DNA of 64,000 nucleotides, taken from the NCBI GenBank assembly GCA_038523235.1, contig JBCBJQ010000001.1, forward strand, positions 64,001 to 128,000, written 5' to 3'. Position numbers and translations under genes: made by a program. How positions within the stretch are numbered: position 1 is the stretch's first letter; each line of letters begins with the position of its first letter. The notes under the pieces were generated by a model, which searched no databases, was not told where the DNA came from, and saw only the letters and a list, made by a program, of their open reading frames with translations. Source of the stretch: Cyanobacteria bacterium J06626_4 (GTDB lineage: Bacteria; Cyanobacteriota; Cyanobacteriia; Phormidesmidales; Phormidesmidaceae). Below, piece after piece: positions 31,335-41,546 of this stretch.

Positions 31335-32996
31335 ATGACAACCCCCATGTACACCCTCAGTCCGTTTACTTGCGCTCGTTTGCAGCGTCTTCCCAAACAG
31401 CCGGTCGTTTGGGAAGGCGATCGCCGACCGATTTCCGAGGGCATGCTCGACGCGTTTGGCTATGACAGTAGCGCGCCCGATGAAGAGGACGAGGCCAGCG
31501 ACTGTATTCTTTGGGTTGACGGTACGGAAGGGGCGTTGCGAGCAGTGACGATCATTCCGGCGGATACGGGACATGAGGCCGTTGCCCGCACCTTGTTACA
31601 CGCGATGGAGCATCCCCAAGGGGCGATCGCCCCAGCGCGACCTCACAAAATTGTGGTGTGCGATCGCGAGATTCACTTTTTCCTGCGAGGCGCGCTGCAA
31701 GACCTGGATGTGACCGTTGACTACGCCGAAACGCTGCCCGTCATTGATGAGATTTTTGACAGTCTACAGCAGCAAGACGATTCGATTGAATCGGAACTCC
31801 CCGAAGCGTTTCAGCAGGCCCTCAATCATCAGGCTCATCGCCTTTGGGAAAATGCGCCCTGGAACAATCTGGCCGACGATCAAATCATTAAAGTTGAGCT
31901 GAACCAGTGGAACCTTGGCACCCTCTACATTTCAGTGTTGGGCATGGCAGGTCTCGAATATGGCTTGCTGCTATATCGCTCGTTGGAATCGCTGACTCAA
32001 TTTCGTCAAACGGCGACGCTGGGCACCCTCAGTACACGACAGATGCAGCAGGCTTTTTTGTCGCAAGACTGTCTATTTCTCAACTTTGAGCTGACTCGGG
32101 AAGCCGACTCTGGCCCGCTGTTGCCCCTCCCGTGGATGCAATCAGCCCCATCTGAGGCACGGCCAGAGTTTGGCAGTTTGCATCCCCTAGAAGGGTTAAG
32201 AACGGCCCTGGAGCTGGAAGAAGCCGCGGCGTTGAGAATCTGTTTAGAAGGGTTGAATCGCTTTCTCGAAGATCACGAAGAGGTGCTCAATAGTGCCGAT
32301 TTCCCTGATTTATCCAGCCGCTACACCCTCACCAATCCCCTTGACCAGAAGCCCCTAGCGGTGACCCTGGCTAATTGCCCCAAGATTACCGCGCAGTTGG
32401 CCGTGGCTGAGAGCTTTGGCTCGGCTGACAGTCAGTTCCCCTCATTTGAGCTACCCCGATTTCGGGATGACTACGTGCCCGAGGGGGCCATGGTGTTGCT
32501 GACGCGATTACCGCAATCAACGGTGCAAACCATTCGTCAGGGCAAACACTATCAGGCGATCGCCAAGTTACCCGTAGAGGCGGACATGATGCCGATGGTG
32601 GCGATTCAAACCTCGCGACCCAAGGCGCAAAAACTAGCCTCTCAACTGCGCGCCGCCAAGGGCATTGAGGCCGTATGTTTTAATCCCGGCGGCGATCCGA
32701 TGACGGGTGACACGTTGCAACTCGGACTGCTCCACACAGGCGACGGCGACTTTCATCTCTTTATCGAATTCCTTGCCAACGATGCCCATGACAGCAAGCT
32801 GCTAGACCAATGGCGACAGTGGTGTCAAGACTCTAACGGCGTTTGTGGGGTCATGGTCGCTTCGGGGATTACCGGCGCGGCGCGGGGCAAGCCCGGTGCT
32901 CGAGAAAATGTCGCCTTTTTTGAAACCTATTGCAAAACACCCGCCGACCTTGATCTCCCCCCCTTGCAAATGAGCTACGCCCTGGATTGGGAGTAG
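31335..32996 (+). CDS. Conserved cyanobacterial hypothetical protein (DUF6930-like)
   Basis: VWEGDRRP, CILWVDG, PARP.KIVV.DREI.FFLRG, SVLGM.G.EYG recognised from conserved cyanobacterial proteins. Confidence 0.7.
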   Translation: MTTPMYTLSPFTCARLQRLPKQPVVWEGDRRPISEGMLDAFGYDSSAPDEEDEASDCILWVDGTEGALRAVTIIPADTGHEAVARTLLHAMEHPQGAIAPARPHKIVVCDREIHFFLRGALQDLDVTVDYAETLPVIDEIFDSLQQQDDSIESELPEAFQQALNHQAHRLWENAPWNNLADDQIIKVELNQWNLGTLYISVLGMAGLEYGLLLYRSLESLTQFRQTATLGTLSTRQMQQAFLSQDCLFLNFELTREADSGPLLPLPWMQSAPSEARPEFGSLHPLEGLRTALELEEAAALRICLEGLNRFLEDHEEVLNSADFPDLSSRYTLTNPLDQKPLAVTLANCPKITAQLAVAESFGSADSQFPSFELPRFRDDYVPEGAMVLLTRLPQSTVQTIRQGKHYQAIAKLPVEADMMPMVAIQTSRPKAQKLASQLRAAKGIEAVCFNPGGDPMTGDTLQLGLLHTGDGDFHLFIEFLANDAHDSKLLDQWRQWCQDSNGVCGVMVASGITGAARGKPGARENVAFFETYCKTPADLDLPPLQMSYALDWE

Positions 32997-33017
32997 GGAT
33001 GGCGGGTTTTAGAGATC

Positions 33018-33077
33018 GGCGTTGAGAGTTTGGGGTTCCGAATTCGGAATTCTCAACGCCGAATTCCGAATTCGGAG
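33018..33077. repeat. Palindromic short-repeat (STRR-like) hairpin
   Basis: GGCGTTGAGA...TCTCAACGCC stem enclosing the palindrome TTCCGAATTCGGAA, with a second TTCCGAATTCGGA copy after it. Confidence 0.65.
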
Positions 33078-33375
33078 TACCTGGCGGGAAGGGTTTAGCC
33101 CTAGCGCATTTGGCATTCATGTTGCGCCAGTCAGAGCAGGCTATCTGAAAAGGTTTGGCGTTTGCTCGCCAACCGCAGTTTGGTCAAGGCCTTCTGGACG
33201 GCTGAAACCCAGCTAGGACAGGCCTCTCAATGCTGACGGCCAAGTTCTACGAGGGCACTCTGCTGGGTTGAGGCAGGAAGGCATTGTTCGCGGCTCGGTG
33301 CCTTTCTGTCATCTGACCCCGATGACTATTAAAATAATTAAATCTAACCACTTCACAGAGGACACATCACGGCGC

Positions 33376-34812
33376 ATGCGAGTTGCGATTGTTGGAGCGG
33401 GACTAGCGGGCTTATCTACCGCAGTTGAATTGGCAGATGCGGGCCATGAGGTCGAAATTTTTGAAAATCGTCCCTTTGTCGGAGGGAAGGTTGGCAGTTG
33501 GATTGATAAAGATGGCAACCATCTAGAGATGGGGCTGCACGTGTTCTTCGGCTGCTACTACAACTTGTTCGAGCTGATGAAGAAGGTCGATGCTTTCCAG
33601 CATCTACGACTCAAGCAGCATACCCACACCTTTGTGAATCGCGGTGGCATCACAGGGGAACTCGACTTTCGCTTCATTACGGGAGCGCCCTTTAACGGAC
33701 TCAAGGCATTTTTTACCACCTCTCAGCTTTCTGTCGCCGATAAAGCGATGAATGCGATCGCCCTGGGCACGAGCCCTATCGTGCGCGGTTTGGTGGATTT
33801 TGAAGGGGCGATGCGCGTCATTCGACAGCTCGACAGCATTAGCTTTGCTGACTGGTTTCGCCAGCATGGCGGCTCCAATGGCAGTCTTAAGCGTATGTGG
33901 AATCCGATCGCCTATGCCTTAGGCTTTATCGATACCGAAAATATTTCGGCTCGCTGCATGTTGACCATTTTTATGTTCTTTGCGGCGAAAAGTGAAGCCT
34001 CGGTGCTGCGCATGCTGGAGGGATCACCTAACGAGTTTTTGCACCAGCCAATTTTGAAATATCTGAATACCCGGGGCGCTCAGGTCAACACCCGGCGGGG
34101 AGTGCGCGAGATTTTGTTTGAAGACAAGGGCAATGCCACCCATGTGACCGGACTGGCGATCGCCCAGGGGGACGAGATTGAAACCGTGACCGCCGATGTG
34201 TACGTCGCCGCCTGTGATGTCCCTGGAATCAAGCGTTTGCTCCCGGCCCCGTGGCGGCGGTGGCCCGAGTTCGACAACATTTATAAGCTAGACGCGGTGC
34301 CGGTCACGACGGTGCAGCTACGGTTTGACGGCTGGGTGACCGAACTGCAAGATGCGGCGGCGGCAAAGCAGTTGGAGAAGCCCACCGGGCTGGATAATCT
34401 GCTGTACACGCCCGACGCCGATTTTTCTTGCTTCGCAGATATGGCACTCACAAGCCCCAGTGATTACTACCGTGAGGGCGAAGGGTCACTGCTGCAATGT
34501 GTGCTGACGCCGGGTGACCCGTTCATTAAAGAAAATAACGAAGCGATCGCTCAACATGTGCTGAAACAAGTCCATGATTTGTTTCCTTCGTCGCGGGAGC
34601 TGACCATGACCTGGCATAGCGTCGTGAAGCTGGCTCAGTCGCTTTATCGGGAAGCGCCGGGGATGGATCCCTTTCGACCCAAGCAGGTAACCCCAGTCGA
34701 TAATTTCTTTTTGGCGGGCAGCTACACTCAGCAGGACTACATCGATAGTATGGAGGGGGCCACCCTGTCAGGCAAGCAAGCGGCTCACGCAATTTTGGAG
34801 CGAATGAGATAA
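33376..34812 (+). CDS. zds: 9,9'-di-cis-zeta-carotene desaturase
   Basis: [15 protein letters not shown] motif, [33 protein letters not shown]; start at ATG 33376. Confidence 0.96.
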   Translation: MRVAIVGAGLAGLSTAVELADAGHEVEIFENRPFVGGKVGSWIDKDGNHLEMGLHVFFGCYYNLFELMKKVDAFQHLRLKQHTHTFVNRGGITGELDFRFITGAPFNGLKAFFTTSQLSVADKAMNAIALGTSPIVRGLVDFEGAMRVIRQLDSISFADWFRQHGGSNGSLKRMWNPIAYALGFIDTENISARCMLTIFMFFAAKSEASVLRMLEGSPNEFLHQPILKYLNTRGAQVNTRRGVREILFEDKGNATHVTGLAIAQGDEIETVTADVYVAACDVPGIKRLLPAPWRRWPEFDNIYKLDAVPVTTVQLRFDGWVTELQDAAAAKQLEKPTGLDNLLYTPDADFSCFADMALTSPSDYYREGEGSLLQCVLTPGDPFIKENNEAIAQHVLKQVHDLFPSSRELTMTWHSVVKLAQSLYREAPGMDPFRPKQVTPVDNFFLAGSYTQQDYIDSMEGATLSGKQAAHAILERMR

Positions 34813-34815
34813 GCC

Positions 34816-35271
34816 ATGACTGACTGGCTAGAACACAGCGTATTGGTTGAAGTCGATGCCCCGATTGATTTGGTGTGGGCTCTGTGGTCTGACTTAGAGC
34901 AAATGCCGCGCTGGATGAAATGGATTGAGTCAGTCAACATTTTGGCCGAAGATCCTGACTTGTCGCGGTGGAAACTCGCGTCGGGGAGCTTTGAGTTCAC
35001 CTGGCTATCGCAGATCACCAAACTCATCGACCATCAGCTGATTCAGTGGGAATCAGTGGATGGCTTGCCGAACCGGGGTGGCATTCGCTTTTATGACCAC
35101 AAAGGTAAGAGTGCCGTTAAGTTGACAGTGGCTTACTCCATTCCCAGCTTTCTCGGCAAGCTGATGGATGGCCTGTTTTTAGGAAAGGTGGTTGAATCCA
35201 CTTTGCAAGCTGATCTGCAGCGATTTCAAGACCACGTGATGCAGATTCAGCAGCAGTCAGCAACCGATTAA
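34816..35271 (+). CDS. SRPBCC / polyketide cyclase-like protein
   Basis: WLEHSV.VEV, WSDLEQMPRWMKWI, WESVDGLPNRG; usual downstream neighbour of zds. Confidence 0.9.
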   Translation: MTDWLEHSVLVEVDAPIDLVWALWSDLEQMPRWMKWIESVNILAEDPDLSRWKLASGSFEFTWLSQITKLIDHQLIQWESVDGLPNRGGIRFYDHKGKSAVKLTVAYSIPSFLGKLMDGLFLGKVVESTLQADLQRFQDHVMQIQQQSATD

Positions 35272-35275
35272 GGGC

Positions 35276-37138
35276 ATGGAGGTCGCCGGTCGCCATCTGG
35301 CTCAAGCGTTAGCTGACCATCATCGCTGGTTTGTTGATGCCCTGATAGGGCTCTCTCAAACTAGCGAGCGCCGCTGGTTTGCCCATGTAGTTCTAGGTCG
35401 CTTGCTGCTGATTTACGATTTGCAAGTGGCCGGTTTTTTAGGAGCAGGCGATCGCTGGTATTTGCACAGTCACCTCAGCCGACAGACTGCGACTCAAACT
35501 GAGGCCACCTTTTTTAAGGGATTTCTACAGCCGCTCTGCCATCAAGGGTTAGGGTTGCCAGAGGTCGAGCGACCGCGATCGCTCACTGCCAAAATTGGCG
35601 ACGTGCCTTATTTGGGCAGTCAACCGTTTGGGGTGCATCCCCTCGAACAGCGCTACCCACAGTTAGACCTGCCAGATGAACCGATTGAGCGATTTTTGGG
35701 CTGGCTGGCTGAACAACCCATCTCCCAGAACACGCTCAGCGGTCGAGCCCAGGGGATTAATCTGGAACTGCTCGCCGGAGCCTACGAATATTGGATGACG
35801 GCCCAGACCGATAAAGCGGCCGTATCGACTGCTGACACTCTCCAGACAATTGGTCACAACACCCTCGACGCCCACATTCTCAAAGCCCTCCGTAACCCGT
35901 CACCTTCGGTTGTCGCGTTGGCCGCCATCACCGATGACACCTCTGTAGACGCGCTGTTAGCGGCGTTAGATACCGAGACCTGTCAACGGTTACTGACCAC
36001 GGTGCTGCCCACCCTCTCGGTGCTTGATCCCGCCTGTGGATCGGGGCGATATTTGGTCATGATTTTCGAGCGTCTGCAGGCCATTTATCAGGCCTGTTGG
36101 CACTGTGCTCAGGCGTCTACCAATGCTGAACTTCAGGCGTGGGGGCGATCGCTAGGCCCGACTCAAGTCGCTGCTGAGTGGCAATTGGCCGAGCAAATTT
36201 TGACTCAAAACCTCTACGGCGTTGACCTACAGCCAGAAGCGGTGAGTATAACGCAACTGCAGCTCTGGCTTAGGCTGCTCTCTACCGCGACCCAAGTGGA
36301 CGATTTGCACCCGCTGCCAGACCTCGATTTCAACATCACTACTGGCAATGCCCTGATTGGTTTTATCCGGGTCGATACGGCCAGTTTTGACAAAATTGTG
36401 CCAAAACGATCGCGCCCAGCTGATTCGCAAGATCCGGCGCTGCAAGGCAATCTGTTGCAGCCCTTAACGGCGGCGAGCTACCGCGATACGCTGACGGAGC
36501 AAAAGATTCGGGTAGAGCACTATCAGGCGCAGACACGAGCAATGGGGTCAGAAGGGGGCCTGCCGGAATATGTGCAAACGGCGTTTTTGCGAGATCGCAT
36601 TGATGAGGTTAATCGGGCCGTTCAGCAAAAGCTCAATCGACTGCTATGGGAGACTTTGAGTTATAAACTGGGCATCTGGGCGAAAGAAGCGCCCCCCTCA
36701 GGCAAGACCCGCAAACGCCTGCTGCAGATCGCTGATGTTGAAGCGCTCAAACCGGTTCACTGGGGCTTTTTCTTTAATCCTGTGATTCAGCAGCGCGGTG
36801 GCTTCGATATCGTTTTAACCGCTGCCCCAACGGGAACACTGCGACCCCAGGCCAACGCGTTTTATCACCAGCACCAAGCGCTGTTTGAGCAACACAACAT
36901 CGCTCTAGCAGAATTTCGGCGATCGCGCCGCCAGCTTTTACGGCAGCATGCCGATTTGGCTGAGCATTGGCGAGCCTATACCAGGGGGATCGCTTGTCTG
37001 AGAGACTTTGTTCGGCGCAGCGATAGTTATCAGTTGCCTGCGGCTTCGAACCAACGTTCGATTGCGCTCAAACTGCTGTTTGCCCAGCGCTGTCGAGCCC
37101 TCACCAAAGCTGACGGCATTCCTCCCTATATTCAGTGA
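35276..37138 (+). CDS. Eco57I/type IIG-like DNA methyltransferase homologue, probably catalytically inactive
   Basis: VLDPACGSG motif I, NLYGVDL, LPDLDFNITTGNALIG, HW, GGFDIV; motif IV reads TAAPT instead of xNPPY/W. Confidence 0.75.
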   Translation: MEVAGRHLAQALADHHRWFVDALIGLSQTSERRWFAHVVLGRLLLIYDLQVAGFLGAGDRWYLHSHLSRQTATQTEATFFKGFLQPLCHQGLGLPEVERPRSLTAKIGDVPYLGSQPFGVHPLEQRYPQLDLPDEPIERFLGWLAEQPISQNTLSGRAQGINLELLAGAYEYWMTAQTDKAAVSTADTLQTIGHNTLDAHILKALRNPSPSVVALAAITDDTSVDALLAALDTETCQRLLTTVLPTLSVLDPACGSGRYLVMIFERLQAIYQACWHCAQASTNAELQAWGRSLGPTQVAAEWQLAEQILTQNLYGVDLQPEAVSITQLQLWLRLLSTATQVDDLHPLPDLDFNITTGNALIGFIRVDTASFDKIVPKRSRPADSQDPALQGNLLQPLTAASYRDTLTEQKIRVEHYQAQTRAMGSEGGLPEYVQTAFLRDRIDEVNRAVQQKLNRLLWETLSYKLGIWAKEAPPSGKTRKRLLQIADVEALKPVHWGFFFNPVIQQRGGFDIVLTAAPTGTLRPQANAFYHQHQALFEQHNIALAEFRRSRRQLLRQHADLAEHWRAYTRGIACLRDFVRRSDSYQLPAASNQRSIALKLLFAQRCRALTKADGIPPYIQ

Positions 37139-37185
37139 TTAGCGACAGATGGCCTTGATATCGCAGAATGCGGAATGTGGAATTG

Positions 37186-37302
37186 ATACCAGTTCTGCAA
37201 AATAGCGCTACAGATCGGCGCTCCCCCGCTGTCACTGCCCCCTTGTCGAAGGGGGCTACACACTTTTCGGGATGTGTAGTCTAATATTCAGCGAATTGGT
37301 AT
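37186..37302. mobile_element. MITE-like element (~117 bp) with ATACCA...TGGTAT termini
   Basis: Left end ATACCAGTTC...CTACAGATC vs reverse-complemented right end ATACCAATTC...CTACACATC; internal GCCCCCTT-GTCG-AAGGGGGC hairpin. Confidence 0.65.
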
Positions 37303-37606
37303 GAGAGGTCGGTCAAATCATGAATTCAGCGATCTGGAGTGTCCAAAGTCATGACAGTCTGTGGAATGTCATTGGCAAGAAGGTAGCGCTTGAGGAGCCG
37401 CAGGCGATCTCCCTCGAAGCCTGGTTATCGGCAAAGGTAACAAGCCCTCAGGCGAAGTCGATTGTTGCCACCTTAGCCAGTGTGGCTTTCGGGGATCGTT
37501 GGCAGGCGGCAGATGTGATGCAATCAGGCCCTCAGGAGTGTCAATTTCTGTCAGGGTTTAGCAGTGCCAAATCCCTGTGATCTGGGATACCTTTGTGAGC
37601 CATTGT

Positions 37607-40600
37607 CTAAGCGCTAATTAACGGGCTCATATGAGCCTTAAAGTCGGCCCGTGCCAGGGCACTGATGGCGGCCTCCGGATCCTTCACCCGAAATTGTGCC
37701 CCCAGCCGCACTAATTGTCTTTGGTTTGCTTTACCAATAATGGCGATTACCGGAACATTGGCATGATCCTGACTGTCGCCTTGATGGCTCTGAATAATAT
37801 TTTTCAGACGGAGACGTTGTTGAATATCGTCGGCGATTTGCGGGTCTAACTCAACCATCACCATACGAACCTCTTCAATGGGCTCAGCATCATCCACAAT
37901 GAACTGAATTTGGTCGTCTCGGCGATCGTATTTACCCCAAACCATGAGCCGAGCATCGGGTTGAATGTAATGACCGATGCGCTCATAAGACCGAGGAAAC
38001 ACAACGCCATCGACACTGCCCGTCAAGTCTTCAAGGATGATGATAGCCATCCGATCGCCCTTTTTGGTGATGACTGGTTTCACATGGGCCAGCATGACGA
38101 TCGCGCTGAGTTTTCGATTGTCGGGATATCTTTCCAGTTCGCCGAGATTTACCGGCGCTAAAATCCGGGCAGATTTTTGCACCTCCTTAAGGGGGTGATC
38201 AGAGATGTAGAACCCCAGCAGTTCCTTTTCTTGCCTGAGTTTTTCCTGCGGCTCAAAATCGGCCACGAGCGGCGCTTTGGGCGCACTTTCAAAACCACCA
38301 CCGACCACCACACCATTACTATCGCCGCTATCATCGCCGCCTAACAGCATGTCGAGCAAATTACCCTGGCCAATTTCTCGATCCTTGGCCCGACTTTGCG
38401 CCCAGTCCAGCACAAATTCTAGGTCGTGCATAAGTTGGTTGCGGTTGGGATCGATGGGGTCAAAGGCCCCGCACAGTACCAAAGCTTCCAACGCGCGACG
38501 GTTGACGGCATGCAGATCAACGCGATCGCACAACTCTGGCAATGATTTGAATACCCCCTCCTCATCGCGGCTCGCCAAAATACACTCGATCGCGCCTTGC
38601 CCCACATTTCGCACGGCCGATAACCCAAACAAGATTTTGTTGCCCTTGGGCGTAAATACAATCCGTGACTCATTGATGTTGGGCGGCAGCACCTCAATCC
38701 CCATGCTGATGCAGTTAGCAATATGCATCTGCACTTTGTCCTGATCGCCACTGTTAGAGGTCAGCAACGCCGCCATGTACTCCACGGGGTAGTTCGCTTT
38801 CAAATATGCCGTCTGGAATGTGACAAATCCGTAGGCGGTGGAGTGGGACTTATTGAAACAGTATTCAGCGAACTTCACCATCTGATCCCAAAGTTCTTCG
38901 ACCACCTTTTTCGGAACGCCCTTGGCCATCGAGCCTTCAATAAACTGGCCCTTATGCTTCTCCATCTCCGACACTTTTTTCTTACCCATAGCGCGTCGCA
39001 GTAGGTCGGCTTGCCCCAGCGAATAGCCCGCCATGTCCTGGGCAATTTTCATGATCTGCTCTTGGTAGACCATGATCCCGTAGGTTTCGCTGAGAATTGG
39101 CTCTAGGATCTTGTCCGCAAAGTCAATCTTTTCGCGCCCGTGCTTACGACCGATGAACTTAGGGATCAGTCCGGCATCTAGAGGGCCGGGTCGATATAGC
39201 GCGAGGACTGACGAAATATCTTCCAAACCCGATGGCTTCAGGTCGCGCACAATCTGCCGCATGCCTGAAGACTCCAGCTGAAACACGCCGCCTAAATCGC
39301 CTTTTTCCAGTAGCTTGAAGGTTGCCGGATCATCCATGGGCAGATCATCCATGTCGAGCAGCTTGCCCTTACCTGACTCAATCAGCTCGACTGCTCGCTG
39401 AATCATCGTCAGGTTCCTGAGCCCCAGGAAGTCCATTTTTAGAAGACCCAGCGCTTCGACATCTTCCATGTAGTACTGCGTGATGACCTGCCCATCATTG
39501 TTCCGCTGCAGCGGCACGATCTCGTCCAGCGGGTCTTTGGAAATCACCACGCCAGCGGCATGCACCCCAAAGGTTTTGTTCATGCCCTCGATCCGCATGG
39601 CCATGTCGAGCCAGCGCTGTACCTGAGGATCTTTGTCATACCGCTCTTTGAACTCGGGAGCAGGGGTTTCGTCTGACACCATCACTTTGAGCTTGGTCGG
39701 CTTGCCCCGAGCAACGGGAATCAGCTTCGCCATGCGATCAGACTCGGCATAGGGAATATCGAGCACTCGGGCGACGTCTTTCAAAACTGCCTTTGAAGTC
39801 ATCCGGTTGAAGGTAATGATCTGGGCGACCCGTTCCTTGCCGTACTTCTCCGTCACATAATCAATCACTTCGTCTCGCCGTTCGATACAGAAATCCGTGT
39901 CAATATCGGGCATTGACTTGCGTTCTGGATTCAAGAAGCGCTCGAAGAGGAGGCCGTGATGCACCGGATCGATGTTGGTAATGCCCATGGCATAGGCCAC
40001 CAAAGAGCCTGCGGCTGAGCCCCGGCCTGGCCCAACGGGGATATTATGCTCTCGGGCAAAGCGAATATAGTCCCACACCACTAAAAAGTAAGTGGGAAAT
40101 CCCATCTGGATCATCATTTCGATTTCGTATTCCAGGCGATCGCGATACTCCTGAGTAATCGCCTCATAGCTCGCGGCCTTCATGCGCTTGACGAGGCCAT
40201 CGCGCGCGACAAAGGCCATATAGTCCTCAGCACCAGCAAATTCTGCCGGAATCGGAAAGTCAGGAATTCGCGGCTGCCCCAAAATCCCTTCATAGGGTTC
40301 AATCTTTGCCGCCACTTCCAACGTGGTTTGAATAGATTCCTCGATCACGTCGTCTGACAAGTGATCCCGAAATAACACGCGCATCTCATCGGCTGACTTG
40401 AGATATTCTGTGCCGCTGTAGCGTAGCCGCTTATCCTCAGTAACTAATTTGCCCGTCTGAATGCAGAGCAGGGCATCATGAGCCTCGACATCTAGACAAG
40501 AAATAAAGTGAGAATCATTGGTGCAGATAATCTTGATATCTAGCTCGCGGGCAATTTTGACGATCTCGACATTCACGATGCGGTCTTCTGGCGACCCATG

Positions 40601-41152
40601 GTCCTGAATCTCCAGATAATAGTCGTCGCCAAAAATGTCCTTATACCACTGAGCAACTCGCCGCGCGATTTCGGGACGTTTTTGCAAAATGGCTTGGGGC
40701 ACCTCGCCACCCAGGCAAGCGCTCGTGACGATGAGCCCTTCCTTATATTTCTCTAACAAGTCCTTATTGATACAAGGTCGAGTAAAAATTCCAGACCCCT
40801 GCATGCCCTCGAGGTGAGAAAGGGTCGTCAACTTGACCAGGTTTTTATATCCCTGAGTATTTTTAGCCAGCACCACCTGGTGATAGCGAGGCAACTTAAT
40901 TTTTTTTCCGAGGGCGTTATACTGCTGCTGAATGTCGCCATTCACCAAATACATTTCGTTGCCAATGATGGGCTTGATGTCAGCTTTCTGACAAACCTTA
41001 ATCAGCTCGATCGCGCCGTACATAACGCCGTGATCCGTGAGGGCGATCGCGGGCATATCCAACGCCTTAGCCTGCGCCACCAGAGCTGGCAACTGGCTCG
41101 CACCATCAAGCAGACTATAGTCACTGTGAATGTGCAGACCCACAAAAGACAT
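37607..41152 (-). CDS. dnaE: DNA polymerase III alpha subunit, single contiguous gene
   Basis: [31 protein letters not shown] catalytic motif, [12 protein letters not shown]-terminal OB fold; 1181 aa, no intein. Confidence 0.97.
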   Translation of the reverse strand: MSFVGLHIHSDYSLLDGASQLPALVAQAKALDMPAIALTDHGVMYGAIELIKVCQKADIKPIIGNEMYLVNGDIQQQYNALGKKIKLPRYHQVVLAKNTQGYKNLVKLTTLSHLEGMQGSGIFTRPCINKDLLEKYKEGLIVTSACLGGEVPQAILQKRPEIARRVAQWYKDIFGDDYYLEIQDHGSPEDRIVNVEIVKIARELDIKIICTNDSHFISCLDVEAHDALLCIQTGKLVTEDKRLRYSGTEYLKSADEMRVLFRDHLSDDVIEESIQTTLEVAAKIEPYEGILGQPRIPDFPIPAEFAGAEDYMAFVARDGLVKRMKAASYEAITQEYRDRLEYEIEMMIQMGFPTYFLVVWDYIRFAREHNIPVGPGRGSAAGSLVAYAMGITNIDPVHHGLLFERFLNPERKSMPDIDTDFCIERRDEVIDYVTEKYGKERVAQIITFNRMTSKAVLKDVARVLDIPYAESDRMAKLIPVARGKPTKLKVMVSDETPAPEFKERYDKDPQVQRWLDMAMRIEGMNKTFGVHAAGVVISKDPLDEIVPLQRNNDGQVITQYYMEDVEALGLLKMDFLGLRNLTMIQRAVELIESGKGKLLDMDDLPMDDPATFKLLEKGDLGGVFQLESSGMRQIVRDLKPSGLEDISSVLALYRPGPLDAGLIPKFIGRKHGREKIDFADKILEPILSETYGIMVYQEQIMKIAQDMAGYSLGQADLLRRAMGKKKVSEMEKHKGQFIEGSMAKGVPKKVVEELWDQMVKFAEYCFNKSHSTAYGFVTFQTAYLKANYPVEYMAALLTSNSGDQDKVQMHIANCISMGIEVLPPNINESRIVFTPKGNKILFGLSAVRNVGQGAIECILASRDEEGVFKSLPELCDRVDLHAVNRRALEALVLCGAFDPIDPNRNQLMHDLEFVLDWAQSRAKDREIGQGNLLDMLLGGDDSGDSNGVVVGGGFESAPKAPLVADFEPQEKLRQEKELLGFYISDHPLKEVQKSARILAPVNLGELERYPDNRKLSAIVMLAHVKPVITKKGDRMAIIILEDLTGSVDGVVFPRSYERIGHYIQPDARLMVWGKYDRRDDQIQFIVDDAEPIEEVRMVMVELDPQIADDIQQRLRLKNIIQSHQGDSQDHANVPVIAIIGKANQRQLVRLGAQFRVKDPEAAISALARADFKAHMSPLISA

Positions 41153-41546
41153 AAAATCCCATCCAAACCTAGTACAAACTTACCTTCAAAAAGCCTGCCT
41201 TGCCCGGTTTTGGCACCAACAGGCACAAGCTGCCCATAGGTTATCGGATCATTGGCGCTTTTGGCGCTATATGTAGGCGAGCTTCAACTTTCTCACCGGC
41301 AAATGCTCTAAATGTAGTAGAGCAATGCTGAGGGGCAGCGGCCGTTATCAACAGCGCTTCCCAGTTAAATTTATATATAGAGGGCTTGGTAAACATCATC
41401 GGGTGAGGTTGACCGGAGGCAGGGCGAATGCGGGGGGGTAGGCGGTTGCCCGGAGTGGCTGGGGCTTGCCGCCATAACCGGCAATCGCCCGCTATTCTAG
41501 ATGAGGTGTGGTAGTCGCCCCAATGGGGGAGTGATCGGAGAGCACG

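Noticed and set aside
33018..33077. Possible CRISPR repeat
   Set aside because: Only short palindromic heptamer units, with no regular spacers and no cas genes
35276..37138. Active restriction-modification or BREX defence island
   Set aside because: Catalytic motif absent, no partner genes, and housekeeping flanks; kept only as a pseudoenzyme finding
37320..37580. 86-aa + strand ORF between the MITE-like element and dnaE
   Set aside because: No recognisable motif; could be a remnant or a chance ORF
38850..38870. DnaE intein
   Set aside because: The insertion site reads contiguously EY-CFN with no intein residues
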